Of a stretch of 64,000 nucleotides of DNA, positions 14,537-29,715 are shown in pieces. The stretch covers positions 29,306,299 to 29,370,298 of the forward strand of contig NC_134025.1 of NCBI RefSeq assembly GCF_964204645.1, written 5' to 3'. The stretch is from Tubulanus polymorphus. Its lineage: Eukaryota > Animalia > Nemertea. The notes beneath the pieces are model-generated. The model made no database searches. It was not told the DNA's origin and saw nothing but the letters and a program-made list of their open reading frames with translations. The first letter of the stretch is position 1. Each line of letters opens with the position of its first letter. Made by a program: the position numbers and the translations under genes.

Positions 14537-14740
14537 GTTTCCAGAACCTGTCATGTCAGGGCCCAAGACCTGACATGACAGGTGGGACCTCAGGTGACAG
14601 GTCGATTCGCTAAAATGAAAATCTGAGAACCTTCTCTGACACGGCGCCACCAGCCGGAACTATAATGTTTACCCTCCCCGAGAATAACTTCATTTTCTCT
14701 CGCACAAATGCTGATCGGCAACTGTTCATTCGCACATATA
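14537..14740. repeat. Dispersed repeat (second copy at ~62759-62849) preceded by a short hairpin
   Basis: gcgccacc...acttcattttct.tcgca.aaatgctgat..gcaactg.tcattcgcacat occurs at both loci; hairpin cctgtcatgtcagg...cctgacatgacagg lies just upstream. Confidence 0.6.
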
Positions 14741-16065
14741 TAATTTTTCTCATTACTTCATAAATTCGCCGTTTGACTTAATTTTTACATTAATCTATTT
14801 GCTCATATTATCGATTGCTAAAGCGAGTTTATGCCGAGCTTCCAGGATTATATATCCACTTAAGCAGGATAAAATCCACATTTTATGTCGCTGAAGTGAG
14901 GGAAATTGCGCAACTCGTTCGTAAGAGCGAGTTAATGGAAGTTTGTGCTCTATCCGCGCATCAGCCACTGTCGAGTGTTTGTGCCTAAGAATATTTTTGG
15001 CATTAGAAAAAAAAGCTTCCCCTTTGAAGCTAATGTTTGGACTTTACACGGATCAATATCGGTCGGCGAAGGTGAAGCCTAAAGATGAAATATGCTGCGG
15101 ACAATTTTGACTTCGGGAAATAACATCATTAAGCCATATGTCTGGTAGCTATATATAAAATCGCCTTGTCATAGATTCTTTAGTTTATGACATATTGACG
15201 AGGTTTCGCCGGCGAATAGATGTCAAATCTATCTTTATAAAAGTCATGAAATACATGCAGCTCGGAGTCAGGCAGCGTCAGATTAACTATCATCTACTGG
15301 TTGAATATCACCTTCTGTTAGCCGAGATAATAGTCTATACCGCTGCTTCAGTTTTTATTCGTCTCATAAGATCAGCTAATGGCTACGATATCACCAATAA
15401 ATGCAAAGAAAATCTTATGTCATAAAACCGTTGGTCGTGGAAGCATATAGCGACCCTTCACCAACCACAAAACCGTATAGTCATCGGCCGCTGAAACTCG
15501 TAATCCACGCGTTCACCCTATACTAAACCGTACGAAACTCCACGTATGCAGGTAAACAGTTTCTCTAAAATAAATGACGCTTATTCCGCAAGACGCGTTT
15601 CATATCAATTAAACGTGTCGGAATGCTTTTATGTATAACAGTGATTTACTGAAGTCCGAATCGGCTCCAAATTCTCGGTAACGAAAAACGGTGTAATGCA
15701 GTTAACGTTTTACGCGCTATTTACGTTGTAAAGATTGAATAAAAGTCTAGCTCGGGTAATACCTCGTAAAATTCGCCTGGTTGCATTTTTCAGTATGGGC
15801 ATTACTGTAAAATATGCACTGGCTCTGCGATGGTTTATATCTGCCATCACTGAAATAAATATCTTTAATGTGCAATTATTTGTTATAACGGTGTATTTGT
15901 TAGACGGGTTGCAGAATAGCGCCTGCAGTGGTTAATTTTGTTTGGAAACAAATCACAGTTTTGATTAGATTAGCGGGAAATTTATGATTCCCCCAATGAA
16001 AATTCATTCGTCGCGTTTGGCACGTAAAAAAAAATCGAAGTTTAATCCAGCCACGGTGGTTCATG

Positions 16066-16137
16066 GATTCACAATGAAAACTGTCCTCATAGATTCACAA
16101 TGATAACTGTCCTCATAGATTCACAATGATAACTGTC
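16066..16137. repeat. Tandem repeat, 26-bp unit x ~2.8
   Basis: gattcacaatgataactgtcctcata repeated. Confidence 0.85.
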
Positions 16138-19100
16138 AGTTCGTGTTATCATTATTCATATTATTATCATTTCTAAAACGTCTTCTATAACGATCCGCAA
16201 CGCTTCTTTATGTTAGACCAGTATTCAGTTATTACTATTTTTTAGATACTTCATTTCATTTAATCATAGTCAATGTTTAATGAAGTATGATACAATCAAG
16301 AGGTTGCACGGATGTAATTTTATCATTTATCACATAAGTACAAAAACCCGTGATAAATCTTGCTTATAAAATTTTGCCGATGGAAAATAACTGTGTGTCG
16401 GAGATGAAACGGTGGAAGAATTGGTGGTAATGATTGTATTGGTATATGAACCTGAAGATGATTATAAACTATTTCAATCATTGATGAACAACAAATTCAC
16501 TGAACGTTGCAGTAATGGGGGAAAAAAACGCTGAATCCAAACTGACATTACGTGAATAATGATAGAATGCTTAACTCATGTAATTACAGGCCCATCTAGC
16601 GTGATGTTTACCTGACATTCTGATTTAATGATTCTCTTCAAGACATTAATTCCGGCAGAAAATCAATTTTATGCCAGTGATATGATGTGCGAGTGTGCGG
16701 ATAGGCGGCATGTTGTTCTACAGTCGCTTTTTATCATTTAAAGGTTCATTTTCTTGTGTATCGCAATGATTACGACCACGACCCTTATAAACGTAATCCA
16801 TCAAACATACACGCGTTTTACACGATGATTTCGATCGATTCTTTTCCTGGCTGCAGAAGTGCGGGTGAAATTTTCGCAACCATAAAATAGACTTTTATTT
16901 CCGAATGTTATTTACTGAATCATGTTCTGAAATGGATTTATGATGTCTGGTCGCAATAACGAAATGTAAATTGAGTTTTGTTGCCGAGCAAATATCATAA
17001 ATTCGTTTTATCTTTAGAGCACCCTTGGGAAATGGATTATTGATGTGGTGTAGCGATATTAAAAATGAAATCATAGCAGGTGCCGCGGTGAGAAATTCAA
17101 ACATACTGCATAATACAGGAAGTGCGTTCAATTCGAATTTGTCTTTTAACGTCCTCTTGATTCGAGATCGGAGGAGATAAAATTACGGGACGTTTATTAG
17201 GCTTTATCATTCCTTCTAACATTTTATTAGATGTTTTGAATACTTCTATGGACTCCAAACGGTGGATACGCTTGACAACTGAGTAATCATCTTAGCAAAG
17301 AAACCAATAAAGAGGCCCTCTTTGTGATATCTGAGATGGAAGCCAAAGCAACTCTTCCCTCATCGCTAATATCATTGTGCCTTTGTGGGCGATTAGTTCT
17401 TAATGGCTTCGTATCCTCATGGAGCGGATTGGAAATAAGTCGGTTTAAGGGTGTCCCGCTAAAACTAGATTCTTCATGTCTTCGTAAGATGGATGAATAC
17501 GACTTTCGACGGAGGACAGTTTCAAAATATTTTCAGCGTTCATGATAAAATCATATTCCGTTTAAGCCATAATTTGTCGAGAGGTTTCTCTAAAGATTTC
17601 TCATCACATCTGCGCGTAGAGCCCGCAAATTTCATCAGGCTTTATTTTCATTCCCGCTGGAATATTTCCTGATAGAATTTCTCGCGTTGAGCGTTCGTTT
17701 TAGCTCGGCTTTTTGAAGAGCATTTGATAAATTGCATTTGAAGCCGTGTTCTATTTGAATTGTGCGCTTATTCTTCAATTTCTAAATGAAACGAACTCGG
17801 AATAACGCGAGATAATGTGACAAATGTCAGACACATAACTTCAATATGACATTCTCACTGGCATTTAGAAAATACATTATATTGATTTTAATTATCTGTA
17901 GATTTTTCGTGACGAACGAACTGTAAAAATTGACGAGAAATTCGACGATATGTTGTTTGGAAATGAACATGACGCTTTTTTATACGTGTATCAGATTTCG
18001 ATACGAGTTTATCTATTATTAGGGCTTTTTGACACGGTGTATTAAAAAACATCATCCGTGATTAGAAATTCATATAAACTGTGAAATACAATACGGGTCT
18101 CGGATTCTGGGGATCCTGCAGGATATGGCGTGTACTGCGCAGACGATGATGTTTAGTTATATGAAAATTAATTCGCTGTCAGAAGACAGACACCTCCGTC
18201 ATGAATTCGACGTGCGACCAAATAAGCGTTCAATAAAAACTGAAATACCAAACGACTAATGCCGTTTCGATAGATATTAATGATTTAACAATAAAAACCG
18301 CAGTTTTGTCGAAAATATGGCGGCGGTTTATTCAATTTTAAATCTATCGATTTTCTTCTGTATATCGAATATCATTTTCACCGACGAAATTAAATACCAT
18401 CCTCAAGACATTTTTAAATCTCGTGTAAGGCAAACATTAGCAATGAGCCACGTTATAAAACCGACTAACTTCAACATGGCGATGATTTACATATATGTGT
18501 ACATGTATATATACTACAACTAATTGGCAGTTCTGAATATTGCGGAATGACTAATTCAATTAAAATGGTCCATTTACCATTTACAGAGAAAATTGACCTT
18601 TATTTCAATGAATGTTACTTAAACCAATCATCTTATCTCATCTCTGTTCGCAAATGGAACCTTCCTTAGTGAACATAATTCGACGAGAGATCATCAGTAT
18701 AGGTTGTTTTCTATGAATAATTTAGTCTCTGTAATTGAGTAGTTCCCTCGGCTTGCACCTGGGTATCATGATTATTGCGCTTGTCGAGAGGGAATACACC
18801 GAGCGAACGTTACGTGAAATATGGCTACGGAGAGGATTTGATGAACATGTGGAACTCCCACGAAATATTGACGGCTTTGCAGCTATTTTAATGTAGCCAG
18901 GACCGGAAGCTTCGATTTCATACAAATCTCGGATGTCTAGCAGATCTAGCAACGTATGTACCAGCTGGGCTCTAAATCTGTTCGATTTCCGCTTCAGCAA
19001 TCAGATCAAAGATTTCTAATTATGTACCTCGACACTTTAACCAACCATTCTATTTTGGTCTCCGATTCCCGAATTGAAACCTCCTGTTTCATTACCGGTG

Positions 19101-20604
19101 TGTTTAGCGCGGTTTGTAAGAGACATACTAAACTGAACAAGAGATTAACAATGTACGGTATCCATTTCTGTTCTTATGAGTTTTGATCCTACGCAATATC
19201 TAGACTCGATAGACGGCAGGATGATAAATCAAGATTTTGAAATTTTCTGAAATTCTATATTTTGCTTCGTGTCTATGGCTTTTAGAGAAGAAAGTATTCA
19301 CGCTCTTAATCCTCAGCTGATATAGGCTGCATCTCATCCGGAGACACATTCTCAAACATCGTCGACACGCATTGCTCCGCTGGGAACGGTGCGGAAATCT
19401 AACTTGACGGGGCTAATAACGGGAAATCAATAGGCAATTTATAACCAATATTTGGCCGAGCTATGACAAGTCAACTGGGTTGATGTGAAAGGAGACCGTG
19501 GTTTATCCGACTGTAAATATGTTGTTCTAACTGGCTGTATGTAACGAGACGCTACAGCGGTCAACAGTAAAACCTCGCTACATGTCAAATAAATCACTTA
19601 AACATATCATTCGACCAGTAAGGTCAAACATGCAGAAAAATATCACGGACAACGAAGACAATTTGTTTTCCGATCCCAATGGTATCAGTCTGACGAATAT
19701 AAGGGATGATAGACATTTAATGTTTCATCTTGTACATTTTCTAGCATCCGGCATAACGGGGCCACGTTCCGCCATCCTCGCTTGCTACGGGCTCGGTATC
19801 CTCCCGAAGCTTCAAACCCTGGCAAGCGAGGGTGCATTTCACGAACAGGATCTAATGCTAAATTGATTGAGCGTTAACTGATCGAGGAAATCAAATCGAA
19901 GGGTTTTAAATCTGCTCGTGAGCCTTGAAAAATGGTATAAGAATGATTATTTCAATCTGTTGAAATACTGCCGACCACAACACGGATGGATTATTGACCA
20001 ACTGACTTCATACAATATTCACAAACATGTTGCGTCACGATTTATCATGTTATGAGTAAATACAGTGAAACGGCGCTTAGCGAGCTGAGTTTTAATTAAT
20101 GTTACACGAAAGCATTGGCTTAATCGAATCGAAACCATTTCGATCTATGATTATAATTGGCACCGCCACGCTAAAGCGTAATTGATGAATTCATACTGAC
20201 TGAATATTTGACTGAATTTCTTCTATGGTTATGTATATAGATGACGAAGATGAATTTAAGGATTTCAAAACTGTCAATAAAAAATTAGAATTTGTTCTAT
20301 CCACATCTGAATGACGTCAATAACCGAGCGTACAACTGACTGCAGCAGCCGTCGCCGCCGCCGCCTTGTAGCCTTATAAATGCTGGCTGCTGCTCGAGGC
20401 GCGATATCTGCAACAGAATGTCTCTCAGTTGTAATGCAATCATCCGAATTAAGGCTACGGATACTTCACGAAGATTTACCATCGGTTCGCTGAATTCTTT
20501 TACTTTTTCACTTCAATGACTAAACAGTTATGCCTCAAAATAATCACGTGTCCGCCGGGATTTTCTCTCCTTCATCTTATCACGATCTTCTCTCCCTTCA
20601 ACTG

Positions 20605-20880
20605 CCTCTCACTCTCCTACCTCAACCCCCTCACTCCCTCCCGTCCTCTCACTCTCCTATCTCAACCCCCTCACTGTCTCCCGTCCTCTCACTCTCCTAC
20701 CTCAACCCCCCTCGCTCTCTCCCGTCCTCTCACTCTCCTACCTCAATCCCCTGAAGTCCCTCTCCATCCCTTTCTCACCCTCTCACTCTCTCCCATCAAC
20801 TCAATTTCACCCTCTCCCTCCCTTTCAATCTCTCCCTAAGCTCAACTTGTCCCCCTCACTCTCTCCCCTCACCTCACTCT
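20605..20880. repeat. C/T-rich minisatellite (~40-bp unit x ~3.7) decaying into a polypyrimidine tract
   Basis: cctctcactctcctacctcaaccccctcactccctcccgt repeated. Confidence 0.85.
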
Positions 20881-22665
20881 TCCTGCAACCCTGACAGGTT
20901 CGCATTTCAATAGCCTAACTGAACATAGATCAATTAAATATAGCGGGCAAAGCAAGATGACTTTTGAATTAATATTGCCATTTTCTTACTCGGTTGCAAT
21001 TGTGCGGGCAATGCTGCGCTTAGCTTAATATCCGGTTGATAAGAATATCCCTTTAAGCATGAAATTGTGTCAATACACTGAAGCTGGATTTACGGATAAT
21101 TAGTAATCGATGTTTTTGCTACAGAGAAGTCTTTTCACCTGTACACCACCGACATCGTCTCGAAGCGATACAACAATCTACACCCGGGCCGTATGCCGAA
21201 TGTGACAGAAACGATTTACAGATTTAGTTTCAATGCTCCCTCGATTCTGCAACTGATTCGACGCTGTTTCTACTACACGGATGTTGTAATAGAATTCCAT
21301 CGAACAGGAAAGTCCCAACGCATATCACATCAGTATGTAGTTTCCTGCACAGTTATCCTGTTGACATTGCATGTAATCTAATAGTCATCAATGATAGCTT
21401 AAGTGAACTGTAAGTAACATTCGTTCGCTCATTGATGTCAAGGGGTTTCAAGCGAATTGGTTTTATGATTTCTGACCAACACACCAACTTTGCTTCCACG
21501 TTCAATGCCCAGCTCTTCCATATTATACAAGGTGCTTAGACATTCTACATACTGTTTATGTAGCTAGAACTCGAAAAGTCTTACAGTTAAAAACGTGTCA
21601 AGGCGATGGAGGAGGCATATTTTGTAAATATTATTCAAATCTACTTCAATAGACGCAACACTTTATGAGCATTACAAACACGCTGATAGCAACTGATTCA
21701 ATAGTAACCTGTATTATGATTAATGAGTTTGCTCATATATCGGTTTCTGTGTTTTCACAATGTGGCAATTTCAAGAGGAATCCCGTGGATTGATCTTAGC
21801 TTTTACACCTACAAAAGACATTCTAAAACCATCCTTTTTAACGTCATCTCTGATAACATGTATAGCCAGACGTTTGGCAGCTTTTTATTACAAATTGTGG
21901 CGAAAATCTCTAAATTTCCACATCTAATTTTTCATCATTGATCAACCATTTTGTGGTACTAATTGCAGGTCTCGTCAGACTGACAGGTCGTCTCTCCTGT
22001 ACCGGAAATAGTGCTTAGCACTGGCAGAAAAACTCGTTAGGTTCTTTCCCGAGGTGTCATTTAGAGAAGAATAAAAATGGATTCTTTGGATGTTGGTAAC
22101 TAGCTCAGTGCGATGTCGATGATTACCATATGTTACCAACTCTACATCAGCCGCATCAAACAGATCTTCATCGGTCAAAGCGGTCGTCTAACAGTTTATT
22201 AGAACTTCTATGATTATAGTCGGCAAGATATTCATAAGTTTCGTTAACTTTATTGTGGCTCATCGTCTCCGTTACACAACCTCGTTTGACCAGAGACGGC
22301 ACCTTCCTGATCAGACCGTCGACTCTTTGATTTGCCGAACAGATACCAACAGCCATCGCCGGTTAATATTCAACGTTCCCTACCGAGCTTCATCTCTGTG
22401 AAATGGGGTACAAGATAAAATCTGATTTGACCAAGCCCCGGGGCGTGATAGTTTGATATCGACTTCTTCTCGCTTGATCTCTTACCGGGTTGAAAGTATG
22501 TTTGCCGAGCTGTTGAGGTCGACCATTTCGTAATTGCTAGTAAATTCAGGTGAGGAAATAATCTTTATCGATCAGCTCCATACTTGGATCAAACAGCTTA
22601 CCAAACAATATAAACCATCACGATTCGCTTATATCTACCGCAAACATTTTGGTAACAATATAATA

Positions 22666-22774
<109 letters not shown>

Positions 22775-23398
22775 TCGTTTTTTGCGATGGTCGATTGGTT
22801 GACTCATCTATTGATACAAAACTGTTGCGATATTTCAAGTTGCTTTTATATGGAACTTGATCATCAGCGACCTCATCGTATAGACTGTTTATTGATTGGC
22901 TCTTTTTGACTCCTCCAACTGTGTATCAGTAATGAATTGAATTCCATGTCACGGCGTCGCTGAGCGCCCGTACAGGAAGAAATTATACCGCCTTAGATAA
23001 CCTACACTGCAAACGCGAGTCGATCGCATTAAAGGAACAAAATTGACTAGCGTTCTCTCTCTCTGGCGTAGATCGTTTGGGACAGATTAATCACGTGCAA
23101 GGACAAATGACGGATGTTAAGTATTGCTGATGTCGAAAACTGTGCGAGTCACATGTTTGTAAGATCATTGTCGTCATAGTCGTCATTAGTTTCTATATCG
23201 AATTGTACGAGACGTTTTTGGGTTCAGGAACTGCGGTTATCAGCTCCTTAACAGGCTCTACTAACGCTGGTTAGTGTGTGAGTGCGCACGCGTGCTTGAT
23301 TAGATTGCAGATTTTCTCTCTCTCTCTCTCGTCTGATCGAGGTGCAGGCGATAGTTAGTGAGATCGACTCGTCAGAGATAGATCAGTCCTTATGCTGG

Positions 23399-24053
23399 AT
23401 GTATGGTGGTCGGAGATGGGTGGTTATACGGCCCGTATCAGGGACCATGTTCAAGAAGAGAGATATTCCTCCCGTTTTGATGTTGTTGATGTTAATCATT
23501 CTCGTTATGTTGACACTTTCTCAGATTCTCGTCGTTCACAACGGTCGATACGGACGCAATTTCCATCACATTCGCAAAATACAAATGGAATTACGTGAAA
23601 TCGACGTCGGTATACGAAAACTTCTCTCTCAAAACGTTCCCAGCATCGATTTAAACGCGAAACTTTTTCGGAACAAATTGAACGAAGGAAAGTTCAGGAA
23701 TATTCTGAATCACGCTCAAGACATTTGGAAAGTCGAACAGATGTCATCTCGCGGCAGAGGAACGAGGACTGGGAGCTTTCGGGCGAGTAAAAACAGCAAA
23801 TACGGACGAATGATTTATAAAAAGCGTTCATTTTCTAGGCGCGGAAAATCAAAACTAGAATTCTCCGATCATAATCAGTTCCGGACCATGGATGTGAATC
23901 CGGTTCGTTCTCACGGAGTTAGGGAAACCAAAGCATTTATTGAGACTGCGGATAAAGGTGCTTATTACGACAAAGAATGGGATGATTCTAAAATTGCGGC
24001 AAAACATTCCACTAGAGTTATCAAGTACTGCGCTGCTATACCCCAGAAATTGG
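23399..24053 (+). CDS. bre-4: Variable N-terminal coding exon C (long stem) of GT7 beta-1,4-GalNAc/Gal-transferase
   Basis: MYGGRRWVVIRPVSGTMFKKRDIPPVLMLLMLIILVMLTLSQILVVHN...YCAAIPQKL then G|GTAAGT donor, phase 1. ATG 23399 aligns with the starts of A and B. Predicted isoform 483 aa. Confidence 0.85.
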
Positions 24054-27000
24054 GTAAGTGTACGTGAATTTGTATTGAAATGCCAAAGAGTTATTCTTCT
24101 CACAAGTTCTGCGGTTGTTTATCTTTAATCTCGGGACGTTATTTTCTCCTTAACCTCTTCAGTTTGTTCATCATACAAAGTTCATTAAGATCACGGACTC
24201 GGTGATCAATCACAGATCTATATACTGCAGGCTTTAGCTATATTTGTATGTACTAATGGTTCTATCGTCGTACATACTTCGTAATAGCAATTCAAATTAC
24301 GAAGAGTTTCCTCAGTGTCATCAAACCGTACGGGTTACTATTCATTCAGAACCGCCGTAGTAATTAGGTCAATGTCAACGATCGCTGTAGCTTCTGGAGT
24401 GAAGTTTCCTTGAAATGAAATGGGAAATCTCGAATATTGCGATCATTCATAAATTGGGTTGCAGAAATTGAAAATAAATTGAAGTGTAACTCAGTCAATA
24501 CACGATTCGATGTTGCGCGATCTCGGTAAAAGCGTTCATACTCGATTTACAGCCTTCAGATCTTTACCCGTCTGTTTCTTTTCATTTAGCCGAGAATATA
24601 TTTTCAGACGGTAAAAGATTTCAGACAGGTTCCAGTCTGCAGTTAACACGCATCCCCGCATTCGATAAAAAGAATCATTAGATTCTGACGGAAGACTCGA
24701 ACACTGGATGAGAAACTGGCATTTTCTTTTAGCTATTCTATATCGGACCGCTGCAGGGGTGAATGCGATCCGCTATGAATGAAGGCGATTTCGCTGAACT
24801 TGTTAAACAAATTGCTTCATTTGATTAAGAATTGGCAATTATGCGAAACATATCGAATGGATGCGATATTTGAAGCGCTGGTGAAATAGCATACTCTCAT
24901 AGAAATGTTCATCATGATGACTTTGATAACGCGAATATGCACGAATGACTCGTATTAATATAGATTAATAACTTACGTATAAACTACTGCGTTTTATACG
25001 GTTTTAAGAAAACGAGATTTTGTTCATATCGTTCAAAACGAATGGAAATCGACTTATCGACTGTCCTTGAAATTCCGCCTTCCACCGGTCTTTGATGTTG
25101 AATGAAGGCAGTTTCAAGGTTGTCATCGCCGCGCGAAAAATAATGATAGACCTCTTGTTTTTGTACGTTGAATCTCGTTAATTGAACACGCAAACGATTT
25201 AGATTGGAAAATATTGAGTTCAACGTGATTGACTCGCTATCAAACAATCCTAATGAAAAGCCCAATTAGCTTACATCACGAATCTCTTAATGTTTCATGA
25301 TGTTATTTCCTGTCTGTTGATGTTCTCATTGGGCTTCGATTTTACGAATAAATCGAGTAATGAAAATGCCTAAGTTTCTTCACAGTCACCAGTTTAATTT
25401 AGTTGAAGCGTTATTTTTGGAATTTTTTACACGCAGTCCTTTCATCATATCTAATTACACGCGGGTTGAATTGATGTAATTTGGCTCGGACGAGTTGAGT
25501 ATATTTGTAACAACCGTCAATGCGTTCACTCTGATCAATAGGAGAGTGTATTTTTTTCGAATTATCCGAACGACAACGACGACAATCCTCTCGTATTTAA
25601 TACCACCAAAGACCTGAACTTTCGGAGTAAAATCCCATGATTGATGAGATACGATCGGTGATACTATGTGTAGTAGAAGGCTGCCTCGTATAAAGCTCTC
25701 TTCACGCTATATAAAGACATAAAAACATTTCTCACAGAGGAGACTCTGTAAATGACAGCTACGATTCGAGCATGCACATTTCAAGAGCGAAAAGATCGCA
25801 AGTCAATTTTTCCTAAACGTGAATAAATCAGAGGAAAAGGGAATCCATTTGCGCATTGAATTGACGGACGTTCTCCGAGAATGTGGTTCGCAGAGGACGT
25901 CTGACACTGTTTCGAGATGACATTTAACCAGCTTCAACTTTTCAGATTGAAACACGCCGTTACATGGTTGAACCCGACGTTTCTAGACTTATTTGTATGT
26001 GAATACATTAGAGGAAGTGGATCCATCTACGTATTGAATTGTGCAGCCGTCGTCTTGGAATTACACTGTTAAGAGAGAAGATATCTGAAACTGTGTCGAG
26101 ACGAAACCAGTTTACACGTGTCTGATGAAAACTAGCTGGTTGCAGCATAATTGAACCCGACTTCTTTTCTAGGCGTATTTGTATTCGGATTGAACTACAT
26201 ACAAACCTGAAGTCCCGGGTCTCGCTAAGCTCACTGTTTCAAACAAATTTAACCAACCCACATGGATAAAGAAACGCTTATTATAACCACATACGTGGCT
26301 TTTGTCGCCAACTAATTATTTCATGGTGCTCGGTAAGCTGCTTTTCTCCATACTCATGCGGATTATTTTATCGCTAGTGAACCAGCGAACAAAAAAGGCA
26401 CGTTAATCATTACGGAACTGCCAATGATTCAATGGACGGCCTTAATTAGTAAAATATTGGGCATGGAAATACGTGAGTACTTACGTTAATGTCGATTTGT
26501 AGCTTTATACGAGACGCGGTAAAACGAATAACGTTATTTACCTCTTCAGTAATGGATACACTGTTATTACCAACTTGTTCGATTTGCGCTTCAAAATATT
26601 TCGATAAATCCCGTGAGCTTTATCGATATATATATATAGTGGTAGATCGTTAATGTGGTTTGTATCGTCGCTGATGTTTTGTGATCAACGGATTTCATCG
26701 TGCACACCTGAATCGGAACAGTACATGTCTAGGTGATATTCTGGTCCGAAACGGCGATTGTATCTTCAGAATATCAGCAAAAAAGAAATCTCCATCGACC
26801 TATTGGTCGAATGTATAGCACAAAGATGAGCGGTCATTAAGCAAGTTAATGTCATTGAGCGCTTAAGGCTCGATACTGTCAACCATTGCGTGCATACACC
26901 GTGTATATGTTTGGTCTTGTCTCTTCACTTGACGCAAATTGAATTTGTCGCTGATTTGCGGGAGTTGCCCGTCGTAGCTTCTGGGTTTCATTTCAAAGAA

Positions 27001-29629
27001 AAAAACCCAAGCCGAGAGGCGTTTGACAATATTAAACCTGAAATCTGTGGAAGTATGCTGAAATGAAGTGCGGTTGTTTGTACGTTAGACAGCACGCGAT
27101 GCCTCATTGCCCGAACATCTCAGTTCTTCTTATCTATAATCTTATTAGATGTGGATCTTTGTTGGTAACGACATGTTTGAAGATATCTGATTTAGCGTGA
27201 TGTTTTTTTAGTCATATTCGAGAAACTGCTCGCATCTGAAGCATAGGCGGATGCCGTTTCGATTTTGCGTGCGTGCGTGGTAGGCTTAGAATGCCGTGCG
27301 CCTATACGCTTCACTACCGATCTTAGCGTGTATCCAACGAACCTGTTACAGAATCCATTTGCTGGTAAATCCGTATGGCAAAAGTTTATTAAATAGAATG
27401 ACAGCTTGTCATCAGAACTACTCTGATTTCCCGGAGGCTACGAGCATTAACCGCCGTTCATCGGTTCAGTGAAATGGTGCATTTAAAGGTTTATACCCCA
27501 CGAGAAGGTGCATTTACCACCAAATCAACGATAAATCTCTGTACGTACTAACACTTCAATAGAGCACTGGGCGTTTTTTTTCAGGATGTCATTAGGGATC
27601 AACAACCTACAATTCTGGTCATTTGAGAACTCAAGGATTGTTTGAAGTAACTTCTGAATTTACCATTTCATGTAAGTGTATAGCGCGAAGCTTACAAGTA
27701 CATCGGAAGACATTTTGCTATGTTGTTCAACGTAGACTTCTGTGCATGTTGAGACAATATACTTGTCGTATAAGAAGTCTCCGATAGAATTCGACGAGTA
27801 TGGCATGAATTCTATTTCATCTGATATAACAGCATCGAGAACACTCACCTCATGTGTTTCATGATACGATTGTCTTCGTTTTTTTCCGACTGATACTTTT
27901 TAGCGAGACAATATCGAAAGTGCGAAGAAAATAATAGACACCCCGCGGTACTGTTGCTTTCTTTGTAGAGCTTTCGCACGAAAACCAACTTTTTCCCAAT
28001 AGGATAAAGAGAATTTTTTTATTTTGAGATCGTCGAACTGAGTCTGTTAACGGGCAGAAATGAATAACGAATAAGCGATAATGTTTTTCCCGGTTGATCA
28101 ATAGCAACAGGACAGTATCTCTAGATTTTTAGAAATATAACGTTTTTCTGTATAAACAAGGCAAAAGATGCCCCGAGGTGCCAGACAGGTTAATCTATTC
28201 CTTCTCGTTAATATTGATAAATATTCAGCTACATTTCAGAGACTTTGGTTAACCGTTGGCGGATCTATAATGACGCGTCCATTGAATTCAGTTGATTTAT
28301 CCGATATATCGTTTATCAAATATTATCGCGTCTCTTTGATTCCACAGTTATCGACATTCGTTTCCGCGTAAAGCTATCCGCGATACCTTCGAAAAGCCGA
28401 TTGCGTAAAAAGCAGCCCTTCGGTCATCTTTTTAGATGCGTAGGGTTTAATTTTCTTCTCTCCTGATCAGTTTTCACTTGATATGAATTGATTCGGAGTT
28501 GTTTTTCTCGTGTGACGGATGATTCGAGATCAGGTCCCGACTGATTAACGTTGGATAGAAACAGAAAGCGCGCACATGTTGCAGCTGTTTAATAGTGTTC
28601 TCTTCTCATGAGTCTCGACGCGAGGTCTTCGGTGTTTTTAAGGTACGAATTTGATGAACGCTTTGTGAACTAATTCCCCACACCGCCCACCACGACATAA
28701 AACACCTGTCGTGTCAATAGTGATTGAATGTATCTTTCTATCCATCGACAGAATTAATCGTATATTGATTGATGTAGATAACTGATTTGCACCGAGATGT
28801 CCGGGTTCAACTGGTATGGTGTTTATTATTCGCGCTTGGTGAATTCATTGGACATTTGGTCAACAAATCTCAAATCAGTAGTTTTATTTCCTCCTCTAAA
28901 AGGGATTTATCCCTCATTTATCTCAACATTGTAGAAAACAATTTTCTGATTTTTGTTTTCGTTGCATTCCCCTAACGTGTTGATTTATATCTATATAACA
29001 TTGGTTACTGCTGGGTCGCTTTTTTATTCCAAGAAAAAAATGAAGAAAATGTTACAAAACCATAGTCTCGAAGCCCTGAGCGAACCATTGAGTTGCAGCG
29101 ACGTGTGAAGTTTGAAAGTTAGCCTGTATGTTCTCTGGTGGCAAGAGTTTTTGCCAGGTCCAAGTTATCAAAGACAGTTTCAGAGCGGGCGATCTCCGTT
29201 ACGGGTCTGTTCAAATAGCTTTTGTGGCTGAGATACACCTCAAGATCTGCCTCATGTGGAATTAGCTGAATAAATAAGGTTTATGTCCACACTTTATCGT
29301 GGATAAAACCGGCTTCATTCATGTAAGAAATAGTCAATCGTAATGAATTGATAAGATCCAACCATCCAGAGCTAAATGTATTGAAGAATATACAGTCGGT
29401 CAAATGGACCATTTTATTGCAACGATGTGTATCTTTAAATACTGGCGTTCCCTCGGGAAATCACAGTCGCTGAAAGGGGAAAGCGGCATAATGACAAACT
29501 ATCATAAACTTTCGCCACGTGGATTTAGTATCAAATGGATTTTGCGGACTTCGACGTTTCATGTTAACACGCTAGATTTAACACAGGGGTACAGCGAGGA
29601 TTCGTGCTGGGTTTAATGCAGTTCATACC

Positions 29630-29715
29630 AGTGACAGCCCGGGGTCAATCATCGGATAGTAGCCCGACAATCTTACGGTGCTTGTGTCATCAGGTTCGAA
29701 TCCCTGCCGAGGAGA
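29630..29715 (+). mobile_element. tRNA-derived SINE-like fragment
   Basis: catcaGGTTCGAATCCctgccg (Pol III B box) is identical over 22 nt to 41155-41176. Confidence 0.5.
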
